DNA of 64,000 bases from a virus. Lineage: Duplodnaviria; Caudoviricetes. The notes beneath the pieces were generated by a model, which was given only the letters and a program-made list of their open reading frames with translations, made no database searches and was not told where the DNA came from. The first letter of the stretch is position 1. Every line of letters begins with the position of its first letter. The position numbers and the translations under genes were made by a program. This document shows positions 1-10,039 of this stretch, piece by piece. The stretch covers positions 64,001 to 128,000 of the IMG/VR virus record IMGVR_UViG_2724679462_000002; one strand, written 5' to 3'.

Positions 1-2
1 CC

Positions 3-608
3 GATCCCGTCGAGCAGATGAACGGGCTCGCCACGGTCTATCAACCGAGCGACGTGGACAGCGATCTCAAGGCGATGTATCCATCGACCTACATTGATCC
101 TGCTCTGCGCTCCACGGGCGTGCCACTCGAACCTGAGCAGGCTGCGATCGCAACACCAGCGGTCGACGCCTCGACCAGCAAGACTGCTGTGCCGGCGCCG
201 ACCACGTACCAGAACATAGGTGGCACGACCTATCGCGTGACGAATGATGGAAACGGTGAAGGCTGGACGTCTACAGGCATCAACTTCGGCGATGGCGTTG
301 CGCACGGAGATGGTACCAACAACTACTATCCCGTGAGTAGCGGCGAGGCCACACCTGCGACTCCTCCCGCAAGTGACCGCGTTGCTAGTCAACCGAACCC
401 TGCTACCTACCAGACCGTCAACGGGCAGACCTACCAGACCGTCGCCAACCAGTATGGCGGCACGGAGACCTACCTGGTTGCGAAGGGCAAAGGCAACGGT
501 CAAGCATGGACCAGTACCGGCATCAACTTTGGTGGGCTGGATCACGGCGACGGGACTGACAACTACCTCGCAGTGGATCCGGTAACGCTGCAGCGTCTCA
601 ACAACTGA
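3..608 (+). CDS. 5'-truncated protein with two internal repeats (WTSTGINFG..HGDGTxNY); possible virion or receptor-binding protein
   Basis: Frame is open to the window edge (gat ccc gtc gag cag atg). Two copies of TYQ..TY..GxGxxWTSTGINFG..HGDGTxNY..V are separated by a P/A/T linker. Confidence 0.7.
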   Translation, partial: DPVEQMNGLATVYQPSDVDSDLKAMYPSTYIDPALRSTGVPLEPEQAAIATPAVDASTSKTAVPAPTTYQNIGGTTYRVTNDGNGEGWTSTGINFGDGVAHGDGTNNYYPVSSGEATPATPPASDRVASQPNPATYQTVNGQTYQTVANQYGGTETYLVAKGKGNGQAWTSTGINFGGLDHGDGTDNYLAVDPVTLQRLNN

Positions 609-648
609 CGGCATAAGGGCCCGGCGTGACCCGGGCCCTTATGCCGTC
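607..648. terminator. Bidirectional hairpin between convergent genes
   Basis: Perfect 18-bp inverted repeat gacggcataagggcccgg / ccgggcccttatgccgtc with a 6-nt loop. Confidence 0.8.
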
Positions 649-651
649 GCA

Positions 652-2763
652 TCAAGTCTTGTTGGTACCCTTGAAGAACATGCCGACCATTCGTGATGGA
701 AGCAGATCGCCTGCCATGCTCGCAAAATGAGCAGGTGTGAGCCAGCTGCGCCACTGAGCCATCTGCATGGTGAGGTTCAACTTGAACCGCCGCATCATGT
801 AAATCTGATCCGCTAGGCCCATCCCACCCAGCACCGCCATATAGTCGGCGAATGGATTGTCGCCGTCGAACAGACCGTTGAGCGTATCTTGAACGTTATT
901 GATCGTGTCGACGACCGCGCCTCCGGCTCCAAGTACCGCCGCACCTGCAGTTCCACCGATTGCCGCTCCACCTGCTGCGCCTCCAACGGTACCGACCGGC
1001 CCTGCCGCACTGCCTGCGACGCCACCAGCAACACCACCGACCGCAGCACCGACCTCAAAGCCGAGATCACCGAGTGCTTGAGCCGATGCGTTCGTCAGAC
1101 CCTGTGAAATCGGGAGATAAATCAGATTCGACAAGTCGAGCACACTGAAGGTCACATCACTCCCCATCGCGTTGCCTTGATCATCGAATCCGAGATTGCC
1201 TACACCGCGTGTGACCTGCAAGCTATCGATGATGCCCAATCGGACCTGACGACGGCCACGGTCATACAACTCACAGAGGAAGGGCGACGTGTACGACTGT
1301 GGGCCAGTCGCCAATGGCAGCGCGCCCGCGAGCAGCATAGCAAGCGGAAGGTAAAGGTTCATCAACTGCGAAACGGGATTACCGTACGGACTTCTTAGCT
1401 GGACCGAATACGTCGAACGGCCGAGTTCTGCAGACGCCGATGTCCAATGCTTCGGGATGTCCACGAATGCGGAACCACCAAGCGACGCAATACCGGATAT
1501 TCCGAGTCCATCCGCGATTCCGCTCACAACATCGGCAGCCGTGCCGACAATGGCTCCTAAGGTCTTGCCGATGAGTCCGTCGCTAAGATTCCCATTAGCC
1601 ATGTCGAACCGTGTCTCGCGCGACTGACTCGACATCGTGTTTATCTTGCTGGCGAGAGGCGAGTCACCCGTCTGATTTGAGAACGACTCTGCCACGGGCC
1701 CTGTCGTATCGACTCGAAAGCTGACGAAAGCCGAACCATCATCCAACTCGGCCTTAAAGAACTCGAAGAGTCCGCTGTTCCCGACCGGCGTCGTGTCGAG
1801 GGCTTCCGATCCTGAGTCGCTGGTACTAGTCGAATCACTTGGCTTCGAGTTGGACGTTTTCAGCCAGGTTTTGAGGTAGTCCGGGAAGTTGGGTCGCTTA
1901 TCGTCCGTCAGCTTATTTTGCGGGCTGAACAAGGACCCGATGGCCGAACTGAGGTTCACAGACGAGTCGCCCAGGACTTGCATTTCATTCTGGTGCTGCT
2001 TGCGCTGGAGACGCTTTGCACGAGTAGCCAGTGCATAGACATCGATACCGCCCTTCTCGAAGAAAATGTCGGGCAGCAGATCATGGAGTCGAGAATTGCC
2101 GGTCTGGTCGAATGCGTAATTATCCGCAATGGTCATATTCACGGTCGCGTCAGCAACCGCTTCGCCGGCTCGCGGGATCACGCCCTTGTTCACCGCGATC
2201 TGGTTCACGATCGTCTGCACGACCTGCCAATACACCGGCATCGCAGGCTTCAGATAGTAAAACTTCGATGAAGGCTTGTTCTGGAGAAACCTGAGCCCCA
2301 CGCCAAGCGCTAGGAGGCCAAGCAACTTCCAGCTCATCACCGACACAACGAAGCCCGCTGCTCGACCGATGTTGTAGACTGCGTCGGTTGATCGGCCTGT
2401 TCGCGCGACCATTCCCGCGCCGCTGCTGTAAAAGTGCGTGAAGAACTGCGTGAGTGAGTTGAACTGCGGCACACCGAAACGCATGTGGATCACTTGCGAG
2501 TGATCGTCGATAGCTTCCGAGTAGTAGATACCCATCCCCTTGCCGCCGCTCTTTCTGGAGGGTGCTTTGGGATCTGCGAAGCTCGTGAACTGCGGCGGGG
2601 GATTGATCGCGAAGTTTCCGCCCGGCGTGGTGTCGGTGTACTTCAGGCTTGCTGTAGTGTAAAAGCGGTTCTGCTTATCGACGTCGCTGAGATCCTTGGC
2701 GCTCACGAGGAACGCGTTTCTCACCCAACTCACATCGGACACGCTGGTTAATGGAGCTGCCAC
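652..2763 (-). CDS. Virion structural (tail/baseplate) protein, phiKZ gp182-like position
   Basis: 703 aa, GTG start with AGGAG RBS, directly downstream of the giant tail protein as in phiKZ-like phages; Gly/Ala zipper near the C-terminus. Confidence 0.65.
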   Translation of the reverse strand: MAAPLTSVSDVSWVRNAFLVSAKDLSDVDKQNRFYTTASLKYTDTTPGGNFAINPPPQFTSFADPKAPSRKSGGKGMGIYYSEAIDDHSQVIHMRFGVPQFNSLTQFFTHFYSSGAGMVARTGRSTDAVYNIGRAAGFVVSVMSWKLLGLLALGVGLRFLQNKPSSKFYYLKPAMPVYWQVVQTIVNQIAVNKGVIPRAGEAVADATVNMTIADNYAFDQTGNSRLHDLLPDIFFEKGGIDVYALATRAKRLQRKQHQNEMQVLGDSSVNLSSAIGSLFSPQNKLTDDKRPNFPDYLKTWLKTSNSKPSDSTSTSDSGSEALDTTPVGNSGLFEFFKAELDDGSAFVSFRVDTTGPVAESFSNQTGDSPLASKINTMSSQSRETRFDMANGNLSDGLIGKTLGAIVGTAADVVSGIADGLGISGIASLGGSAFVDIPKHWTSASAELGRSTYSVQLRSPYGNPVSQLMNLYLPLAMLLAGALPLATGPQSYTSPFLCELYDRGRRQVRLGIIDSLQVTRGVGNLGFDDQGNAMGSDVTFSVLDLSNLIYLPISQGLTNASAQALGDLGFEVGAAVGGVAGGVAGSAAGPVGTVGGAAGGAAIGGTAGAAVLGAGGAVVDTINNVQDTLNGLFDGDNPFADYMAVLGGMGLADQIYMMRRFKLNLTMQMAQWRSWLTPAHFASMAGDLLPSRMVGMFFKGTNKT

Positions 2764-2784
2764 GTTGGACTCCTAAATCTCGCG

Positions 2785-2822
2785 AAAAAAAAGCGAAGGA
2801 AGAGCCGAAGCTCCTCCCTCGC
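2785..2822 (-). terminator. Rho-independent terminator after the giant tail gene
   Basis: Imperfect GC stem with UUCG loop followed by T8 on the minus strand. Confidence 0.6.
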
Positions 2823-2835
2823 CTAGACTACATGA

Positions 2836-5800
2836 TTAAACCATCTTGCGCATCGATACCGGTGGAGTCGGCATCTTCTGGGGCGGTCCCGATTGAATCG
2901 GGCCTGTGCCTGGGGCGGTCGTCGATGGAGCGCTCGTCGCGCCTTGGTCGTTCGACTTTGACGTGGTTTGCATCAGGGCGAGAATTGCCTTCAGCGTGCC
3001 AAGGCTTTCCTCGTGAACCTTCAACGACTTCCCAAGCGTGTCACCCACGCCGCCCAAGGCATCCATGTGCTCGTCATGCTGAGCTTGCTGGACCGCCGCG
3101 ATGTTGCGACTTCCCGAGCCGACGGGTTTGGCAGACGAACCACCGAAACCGAACGGTGAGTCCGCCGGACTGCTCCCTGTCGAAGCCGCCGGAGCTGACG
3201 ACGTCGCCGAACCGGACGAAGCTGAAGCGGTGGAAGCCGTCGACGGTGCACTGCCTCCGGTCGATCCACTGGACGTGTCGGAAGCTGGAGCGGCGGGCGG
3301 AGTGCTTCCCGAACCGGATGCCGGAGCCGAACCGCCAGCGGCCGAGGTCTGTGCAGCCGAGGTACCGTCTGACTTAGCGTCCGTCTTTCCTGCAATGTCG
3401 GTCGGGACGAGCTTTCCGTCCTGAGCCTGCTTGAGGTAGAACTGATACTTCGACTGTCGATCGTTCAGGCCGTTGAGACCCCCGTTGACACCGAGCGTCG
3501 CCGTTCGCACGTCACCGTTCTTACCTGCCGCCTTCACGTTCTCTTGCCAGAATGCGATCGCTAGCTTTGCCGCCGTATTCGGTTCGGACGCGAGGTCCGG
3601 ATTGTTGATCAGGTCGACCCCGATCTTCTTTCCGAAGTGAGCGTAGTTGGCCTTGCCCGTCAGCTGGATAACGCCGCGACCGCGATACTTATAGCCATCG
3701 TCGGCATCGCTGTTGCCGAGACGACCGCCGTAGGCAGCATCAGCGATTGCTCGCTCGCCTCCGGCGACCGCCTCCTGTGCGGCCTGCATGGTCGGAAAAT
3801 GCTTCGGCCCGAACACCTTCATCAGGTTGCCCGCACTGTAGTGCAAGTTTTCCGTGAGCGACTTGAACCCGCCACTCTCATGGTCACACTGCGCCATAAG
3901 CATAGCCTGCTCTTCGGGCTTCGTGATGCCGGCCGCGACCATCGCTTTGAGAAGGGCATTCTTGATTGCCTGAGCGCTCGCTGAATACTTCTTCTCAACC
4001 CAGTTGCCCGCTGACTTCACGCCAGAGACAATGGCACCGCCGACCTTGGTGTTCTTGAAGGCGTCGTATGCCTTGCCCGCAGCGTTGCCGATCGAAGATG
4101 CAACGTTACTGACCACGTTCTTCGCCGAGTTGAACGCGTTGCTCGCCCAGTCCTTGACGCTCTTCCATCCCTCCCCTGCCTTATCGGCCAAGTAGTTGGT
4201 CCAGCCCTTGCCACCGTCACCCTCCTTCTTTTCGTCGGACTTCTTCGAGTCGGCTTTCGGCTTGTCTTTCGACACGCCGGTGCCATCGTTCAGCGTCTTG
4301 GCCTTGTCCTTGCTCTTGCCATCGAGGAAGTCGAGCGCTGCCTGCACGGACTTTTGATCCGTGTTCATCGCGTAGCCAGGCCACGGGGATTGCGTGACCT
4401 CCCGCACCGACTTGCTATCTGGCGTGCGCGTCCCGACGATCGCCTTAGCAATCTGGGCTGCGAGGACGGGTTCGAGCATGTCCTCCGAACGACCCGTGAG
4501 CTTGCCGACCATGGTGGGTCCGCCGCTCAGTCTCGACATCGTGCCGAGGTAGTTCAGGTAGGTGGGCAGGAAGCGCATGTTGAACCACGCGTTCCAGGTG
4601 TAGGCCTGGTTATTGTGGTGGCCCACAACACCAAACTGCGCGCCAAACTTTTCCTGAAGCTGTGCGGGATCGCCGTTGAACTGCGCGGCATCGTTGGTCA
4701 CGCGGACGGACTTGAAGGTCTCCGCTTCGAGCGCACGCAGGAGCGCACACTTGTCGGCATCGAGGTCCTTCAAACCGTACGTCCGGTAACGCACGCCCGT
4801 GAGCGTTTCTACCTTGCCCGGCGTTTGACCGGGCTTTGCGAGCGCCGGGTCGATTGCATAGGACGCAGTCGACTTGCCGCCAACGCCTGTTTCGGACGGT
4901 TTGGCAGTACCAATACCCAGGGCCTGAGCTACAAGCGCTTTCGCCTTGTCCTGCCCGGCCTCCTTCGGCTTCACGTCATCCGCCGTCTTTCCCGCCAGCG
5001 CACCAGCCGCAGCGGCACTCGCGACAACGCCCGCGGTTCCCTTGTCGCCGTCTTTCTTCCCCGCGTCCTTATCGATTTCGGCAGCAACTTCCTGCGTGAT
5101 CTTCTGGACATATTCCGGACCTGCTTGCAGGCTCGGCTGATCCCAGAACGGCGACGCGGAGACGTAGTACGGACCTTGCGGCCACTTTGACGCCTCGAAG
5201 TACTTCTTCTTCTCGTCGGACTTGAGCTTCTCGTCGACCTCCCCGAGCTTCGCGTTAGCATTCGCCGTCTGAAGTGCCGTCATGTGCTTCAAGAAGACCG
5301 GACAGAAACGACCCCTGAACCACTGTGCAAAATTCGCACACTGCTGGTTGTCCTTCAGGTCCAGATCGAAACCTTCGGCGAGCTCCTTCGGCTTCTGCAA
5401 CTCAGGCACCGCCTTCGCGTCGATGCTGGCTTGTCCATTCTGGAAAACGACGCCCTTTATCAGTTTGTCTTCAAGACCAAACACCGCCTGCAGATACGAC
5501 TTCTCCTGCTCCTTCGTGAAACCGTACTGCGCGAAACGCAGGGCAGAGAGCGACCCAAGCCTTTTCTTCGTCAGCGCCTTGTAGCCCTTGTAGAGGCTGT
5601 AGCCCAACAAAGCAGCACCGGCGATACCGAGACCGACCGGACTCAGCAGCGCAGCGCCCAGCATCCCGGCGCCGGTGGCAATTCCCGACAACACCGTTGC
5701 TCCGCCTGCGACCAGGGCGCTACCTCCCGTTGCGCCAGCGAGAAGACCCGCACCCTCAGCACCGGTCAAGGCTGCCGCACCCAGCCCGGCTTCGGCTGCT

Positions 5801-8800
5801 CCCAGACCCGTTGCCGCTGCTGCGCCTTCTGCGCCAACAGTTGCCGCGCCTTCCAACCCGGCAGACAACGCACCGCGGCCAAGGAGACGTCCCATTCCGC
5901 TTCTCAGGACGTTCTTCGCGCCTCCGAGCATCCTGCCTACACGACCGGCACCCGGAATGCGCTTGAGTAGCCGCTTCGCCTTATTGAACATCCCACCGCC
6001 GCCACCGATGCTGTCGCTCTCGGAATCCTGAATCGCGGCTTTCATCGCGGCGTACATACCCGCGATCCTTCCGTCTTTCGCCAGCTCGGGTGGCAACGAC
6101 GAACCACTCAGAAATTTGGCGACGCGATTCAGTCCCAGCGAACTCGCCATACCGCCGAGCATGTTGCCGGCGCGTGACAAGCCAGGCGCGATCTTGCTGA
6201 TGGCCTTGCGGATGAACCCCTTGCCCGCAGTCGCCTCACCGGCTTCCTCCGACTCTTCTTCGTCCTTCTTCTTGAAGCGATCCGTCAAGCCCTTGATCGC
6301 ATCCTTGATTTTGGACAAAGCAGCGCCCATCCCGGTTTCACCGGCCTTGCCGTCGCCCGCGGGAAGTTTCTTCTCGTGCTCCTTCTCTTCCCAGGAGCCC
6401 TTGACGAAGCCCTCTCCGTCATCGCCCAAGAGACGCTTCTTCGGGCGCGGTAAGCGCTCGGTGAGGATGTCGCGGATCTCGGTGAGACGGTCGATCATGG
6501 TCCGGGAGCCTGCAAAGATAATTCCGTCCTTGCCCAGCCAATTCTCGAACCAGTTACCCAGTGCCTTGAAGGGTGCAGAGACGAATGTCTTCGCCATCTC
6601 GAAGCCCTTCGACAGAGCACGGCCCGCCATCGCGAACGGCTTCCTCGCCAAGTCAAGGAGCTTCGCAAGCGGCGTCTTCATTGGCTTCCCGTTCCGGTCC
6701 ACAAGGCCTTTTGCCAGATCCTCTTTTGTCAAGACCAACTTGATGTTGTTCTTGTCGCTGATGTCTTCGACCGGGCCATCGATGAGACTGGGACGGGTGA
6801 TCAGCGTCCCCTTGAGTTGGGACCGATACGCGCCCCCGCGCATCATGATCGCAAGCATCACGGGGTCGTCCTTACCCTTGACGTAGATGTCGACGGGCTG
6901 GTCAAGAAGGTCCATGCCCTTCTCGGCCAACTTGATCCCGTGCTCAATCACCTTGGGGACGAGTCTGAATACACCTCCGGCGATACTGTCGTATGCGCCT
7001 CTCAATCCCTTCCATGCCGCGCCCAGCGCCGAGATTGCCTTGACGCCTATCTTGCTCTTGCTGTACGCGCGACCGATGTCCTTCGCCTCAAGAACGATGT
7101 TGTCGTTGTCGAAGATGTCTTCGACGTCGCTCGTGATGTCCTTGTAAGACTTGATGATGTTGCCGGTCGCCTTGTCGCGGTAGTGACCTGCGCGCATCTT
7201 CCATGCGAGGAGGGCCGGCTCTTTCGACCCGGGAAGGTAGATGTCGTCGAAGCTCTTGGCGTAGCTCAGCGCCTTCTTGCCGCCGCCTGAGACGGCGTCG
7301 AGACCCGACTTACCCCAGCCCTTCACCTTGTGGAACATCGGCGAAGGACGTTTCCACCAGTCCCAGGCGCCCTGAAAGCCACCCTTGACCTTGTCGAGGC
7401 CCCACTTCCCTGCGCCGGCGGCTGCACTGCCAAAGTCGCCGACGGTCCACGTCAGCAGATTCTTCGAGCGTCGAACGCCACCTCCATCGGCGTCACCCAT
7501 GTGAGTTCCAACGCCCGAGCGACGATGACGGACATCAATACCTTCCTCGACCTTCTTTTGAATCGCGAGTAGAGTTTCATGGATCTTCTCCGAGATTGAT
7601 TTGCTGCTGCTTTCCTTGATCGCCTCGATGATCGGTTTCTGGTCGCAACAGTCCTTGACCCCCGTTTCAGCCGACTTCCGACCACCGATGTTCAGGTGGT
7701 GCTCAGGCGTCGTTTCTGCCGGGTCGTCGGCTTCGTCGAGCGCGCGCAGCCACTCGTCAAAGCCGTCCGGCTCGTGACGACGCGCCGCGTTCCAGTTCAT
7801 CGCTCCCAGCGTCTGCGCAGACGGACGATGACGCGCAGTCGGTGTGAACGCACGGCGGGGTTTCTTGCGAGGTCCTTGACCCTTGACACGCTTGGCACCG
7901 CGGTGACGTGACGCCATTGACGCATGGATGCCGTGGCTACTACCACCGCCCATCGGACGAACGTTGCCGCCGGCGTAACTCGCTGCCGGATTGAACGTGT
8001 CATGCAGGTAGTAGTCCATCAGCTTGTCGAGATCCAGCCGGCCGTTCTTGACCAGACCGGTCTGCATGACCACGTCCAGCATGCCGCTGCTGATCATGTC
8101 CTGGATAGCGGCGCGAGGATCCCCCATGCCCGAACCAAGATCGGCGAACCGCGCTTGGAAGCGCATCTGTTTGCCGCCGTCGTGGTCGTCCTTGAAGTAG
8201 TTCTCGAAGAGCTTGGCGAACGTGCCCGCATGTTCCGCATTGTCACCGCCATAGCTGAAAACATCGCTATAGCGCTTCGCGGACCCTGTCCGGTTCGTCA
8301 GGTTGTCCTGCATCATCCGGCGCAGGAGTGCCTTACGCTGCTTCTTCGTGAGCTGAACCCCGCTTTCCTTCTCCAGGTGATCGACCAGGTTCTTGCCCTT
8401 CTCGTGCACCCAGGCTTTGTCTTCCTTTCGCACCAGTGAGCCGAACGCGTTCTTCGCCATCTCGCTCTTGCTATGGAACGAGTTCCGGGTGTAGTCGTAC
8501 GTGGTGAGTTCGGTCTTCGCGTCGCCCGTGCGCAGAATCTGCAGCTCACGGTAGATGCGTGCCAGATAGCCCGGAATGACTTCCGTCAGTGACTTGCGGG
8601 CGAGTCCGTTGAACGGCGCGGGATCCTGAAGGTTGCGCAGGTTGTCGACGTGCATCCCGGTTTCGACACCGTTTGACGCGCGGATCTGATCCTTCAACCA
8701 CCGGATGCCTCCACCTACGAGCGGTACGTTGTCTCCGTGATCCGAGTGCGCCCATTCGGTCAGGTGTTGCGGTGCGTTACCGGCGTAGTACTGAGCCTTG

Positions 8801-9963
8801 TTGCCGTACTTGTCAATCTTGTCGCCAAGGCGTGTCCCTTTGAGCTTCTTCCCGACCCAGCGCCCGGCCTTTGCACCAAGGGAGTCCGCCACCATACCAC
8901 CGGAGAATTCGCCAGCCATTTGTGACTTGCTGGGACCACCTTCACCCAGCATGTCGCTTGCGTCGGCGGCCATGTCAGCAGCGCCCAGGGCCATCTGCGC
9001 ACTACCCGCGAAGCTCGACAGACTGGCGGTCAGTTGCTTCTGAATCCGGTCTGTCAAGTTGCGCATGAACGCCGAGCGCTGACCGAGGACCATCCCGCCC
9101 ACATTGCCGAAGAACTTGTTCCTCGCGAGGGTCGGCCAGTCTTCGCGCATCTTGATCTTGAGCACGTCTGGAAGCGCAGTGTTCTTCTGGATGTTCTCCA
9201 GCAATTCGCGATTCCGTGCTCCCTGTGCCTTCTGCTCCGCCAACGAATCCATGGCGACGAAGTAGTGGCGGTACTGGATCTCGAGCGACTTGCGCTGGAA
9301 GTTGACCGTCACTCGATCCTGGTAGTCCGCCAGACGCTGCAACGCGATGCGCATCGAGTTGAGCTGCCCCAGCTGGTTATTGGAGCGATTATTGTCGATG
9401 TTCTTCTGGATGTCGGATTCGGCCTTGTCTTCTGCGCGCTGTTGCGCGTTCGTCTCAGCCTGGAACTTGAAAATGTCGCCGAGTGTGGACTGAAGCGCCG
9501 CGTGGCGCGACGCCTCTTCCGAGATACCCGTCGAGCCATTGTCGGCCGACTCCGACCAGGATTTGAGGCGCTGCTGGACCTTTTTCGGCAGAAATTTTTC
9601 AGTCGTCGGGAGCAACTTATTGGTCGCGCGCTTCATGTCGTTGAGAAGCGGACGGACCTCTTTGACGGACGAATTGTATAGAGTCCGCAGGGACGCATTG
9701 GTCTGATCTGCCATGTCGAGGGCTGTTCCATAGCCCGTCGGCAAGGCCGATTTGACGGTCTTCTTGATGAACGAGCTGCTCCGGGCCGAGTCCCAGACGC
9801 CGCTCACCGCACCCTTCCCGAAATCCATTGCCGCTTGGGTCGCGGGCTTCCGGTCGTCCTTCTTCTTAGCCTTCGGTGCTGAAGCGTTCCAATCCGACGC
9901 GAAGTCGAGATCTTCGTCGAAGCCAAAGTCGTCGACTGCGGAGAGCTTCCTTTTCTTGGCCAT
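2836..9963 (-). CDS. Giant tail protein / tape-measure-like peptidoglycan hydrolase (phiKZ gp181-like) with C-terminal GH19 lysozyme/chitinase domain
   Basis: ~2375 aa from ATG (MAKKRKL) with GGAG RBS. GH19 motifs AQCDHESGGF..ENLHYS..YGGRLGN..DGYKYRGRGVIQLTGKANY..VNGGLNGLNDR. Divergent from vRNAP genes. Confidence 0.85.
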   Translation of the reverse strand: MAKKRKLSAVDDFGFDEDLDFASDWNASAPKAKKKDDRKPATQAAMDFGKGAVSGVWDSARSSSFIKKTVKSALPTGYGTALDMADQTNASLRTLYNSSVKEVRPLLNDMKRATNKLLPTTEKFLPKKVQQRLKSWSESADNGSTGISEEASRHAALQSTLGDIFKFQAETNAQQRAEDKAESDIQKNIDNNRSNNQLGQLNSMRIALQRLADYQDRVTVNFQRKSLEIQYRHYFVAMDSLAEQKAQGARNRELLENIQKNTALPDVLKIKMREDWPTLARNKFFGNVGGMVLGQRSAFMRNLTDRIQKQLTASLSSFAGSAQMALGAADMAADASDMLGEGGPSKSQMAGEFSGGMVADSLGAKAGRWVGKKLKGTRLGDKIDKYGNKAQYYAGNAPQHLTEWAHSDHGDNVPLVGGGIRWLKDQIRASNGVETGMHVDNLRNLQDPAPFNGLARKSLTEVIPGYLARIYRELQILRTGDAKTELTTYDYTRNSFHSKSEMAKNAFGSLVRKEDKAWVHEKGKNLVDHLEKESGVQLTKKQRKALLRRMMQDNLTNRTGSAKRYSDVFSYGGDNAEHAGTFAKLFENYFKDDHDGGKQMRFQARFADLGSGMGDPRAAIQDMISSGMLDVVMQTGLVKNGRLDLDKLMDYYLHDTFNPAASYAGGNVRPMGGGSSHGIHASMASRHRGAKRVKGQGPRKKPRRAFTPTARHRPSAQTLGAMNWNAARRHEPDGFDEWLRALDEADDPAETTPEHHLNIGGRKSAETGVKDCCDQKPIIEAIKESSSKSISEKIHETLLAIQKKVEEGIDVRHRRSGVGTHMGDADGGGVRRSKNLLTWTVGDFGSAAAGAGKWGLDKVKGGFQGAWDWWKRPSPMFHKVKGWGKSGLDAVSGGGKKALSYAKSFDDIYLPGSKEPALLAWKMRAGHYRDKATGNIIKSYKDITSDVEDIFDNDNIVLEAKDIGRAYSKSKIGVKAISALGAAWKGLRGAYDSIAGGVFRLVPKVIEHGIKLAEKGMDLLDQPVDIYVKGKDDPVMLAIMMRGGAYRSQLKGTLITRPSLIDGPVEDISDKNNIKLVLTKEDLAKGLVDRNGKPMKTPLAKLLDLARKPFAMAGRALSKGFEMAKTFVSAPFKALGNWFENWLGKDGIIFAGSRTMIDRLTEIRDILTERLPRPKKRLLGDDGEGFVKGSWEEKEHEKKLPAGDGKAGETGMGAALSKIKDAIKGLTDRFKKKDEEESEEAGEATAGKGFIRKAISKIAPGLSRAGNMLGGMASSLGLNRVAKFLSGSSLPPELAKDGRIAGMYAAMKAAIQDSESDSIGGGGGMFNKAKRLLKRIPGAGRVGRMLGGAKNVLRSGMGRLLGRGALSAGLEGAATVGAEGAAAATGLGAAEAGLGAAALTGAEGAGLLAGATGGSALVAGGATVLSGIATGAGMLGAALLSPVGLGIAGAALLGYSLYKGYKALTKKRLGSLSALRFAQYGFTKEQEKSYLQAVFGLEDKLIKGVVFQNGQASIDAKAVPELQKPKELAEGFDLDLKDNQQCANFAQWFRGRFCPVFLKHMTALQTANANAKLGEVDEKLKSDEKKKYFEASKWPQGPYYVSASPFWDQPSLQAGPEYVQKITQEVAAEIDKDAGKKDGDKGTAGVVASAAAAGALAGKTADDVKPKEAGQDKAKALVAQALGIGTAKPSETGVGGKSTASYAIDPALAKPGQTPGKVETLTGVRYRTYGLKDLDADKCALLRALEAETFKSVRVTNDAAQFNGDPAQLQEKFGAQFGVVGHHNNQAYTWNAWFNMRFLPTYLNYLGTMSRLSGGPTMVGKLTGRSEDMLEPVLAAQIAKAIVGTRTPDSKSVREVTQSPWPGYAMNTDQKSVQAALDFLDGKSKDKAKTLNDGTGVSKDKPKADSKKSDEKKEGDGGKGWTNYLADKAGEGWKSVKDWASNAFNSAKNVVSNVASSIGNAAGKAYDAFKNTKVGGAIVSGVKSAGNWVEKKYSASAQAIKNALLKAMVAAGITKPEEQAMLMAQCDHESGGFKSLTENLHYSAGNLMKVFGPKHFPTMQAAQEAVAGGERAIADAAYGGRLGNSDADDGYKYRGRGVIQLTGKANYAHFGKKIGVDLINNPDLASEPNTAAKLAIAFWQENVKAAGKNGDVRTATLGVNGGLNGLNDRQSKYQFYLKQAQDGKLVPTDIAGKTDAKSDGTSAAQTSAAGGSAPASGSGSTPPAAPASDTSSGSTGGSAPSTASTASASSGSATSSAPAASTGSSPADSPFGFGGSSAKPVGSGSRNIAAVQQAQHDEHMDALGGVGDTLGKSLKVHEESLGTLKAILALMQTTSKSNDQGATSAPSTTAPGTGPIQSGPPQKMPTPPVSMRKMV

Positions 9964-10039
9964 ACGCGACTCCAAAAAAATAGGGCCGCGGAACATCGCG
10001 ACCCCTCATAGATTTCCCGTTTTTAAGTAGGAACACTAA

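Noticed and set aside
900-1080. Gly/Ala repeat suggesting a toxin or bacteriocin glycine zipper
   Set aside because: It is an internal low-complexity segment of the 703-aa structural gene, not a separate ORF.
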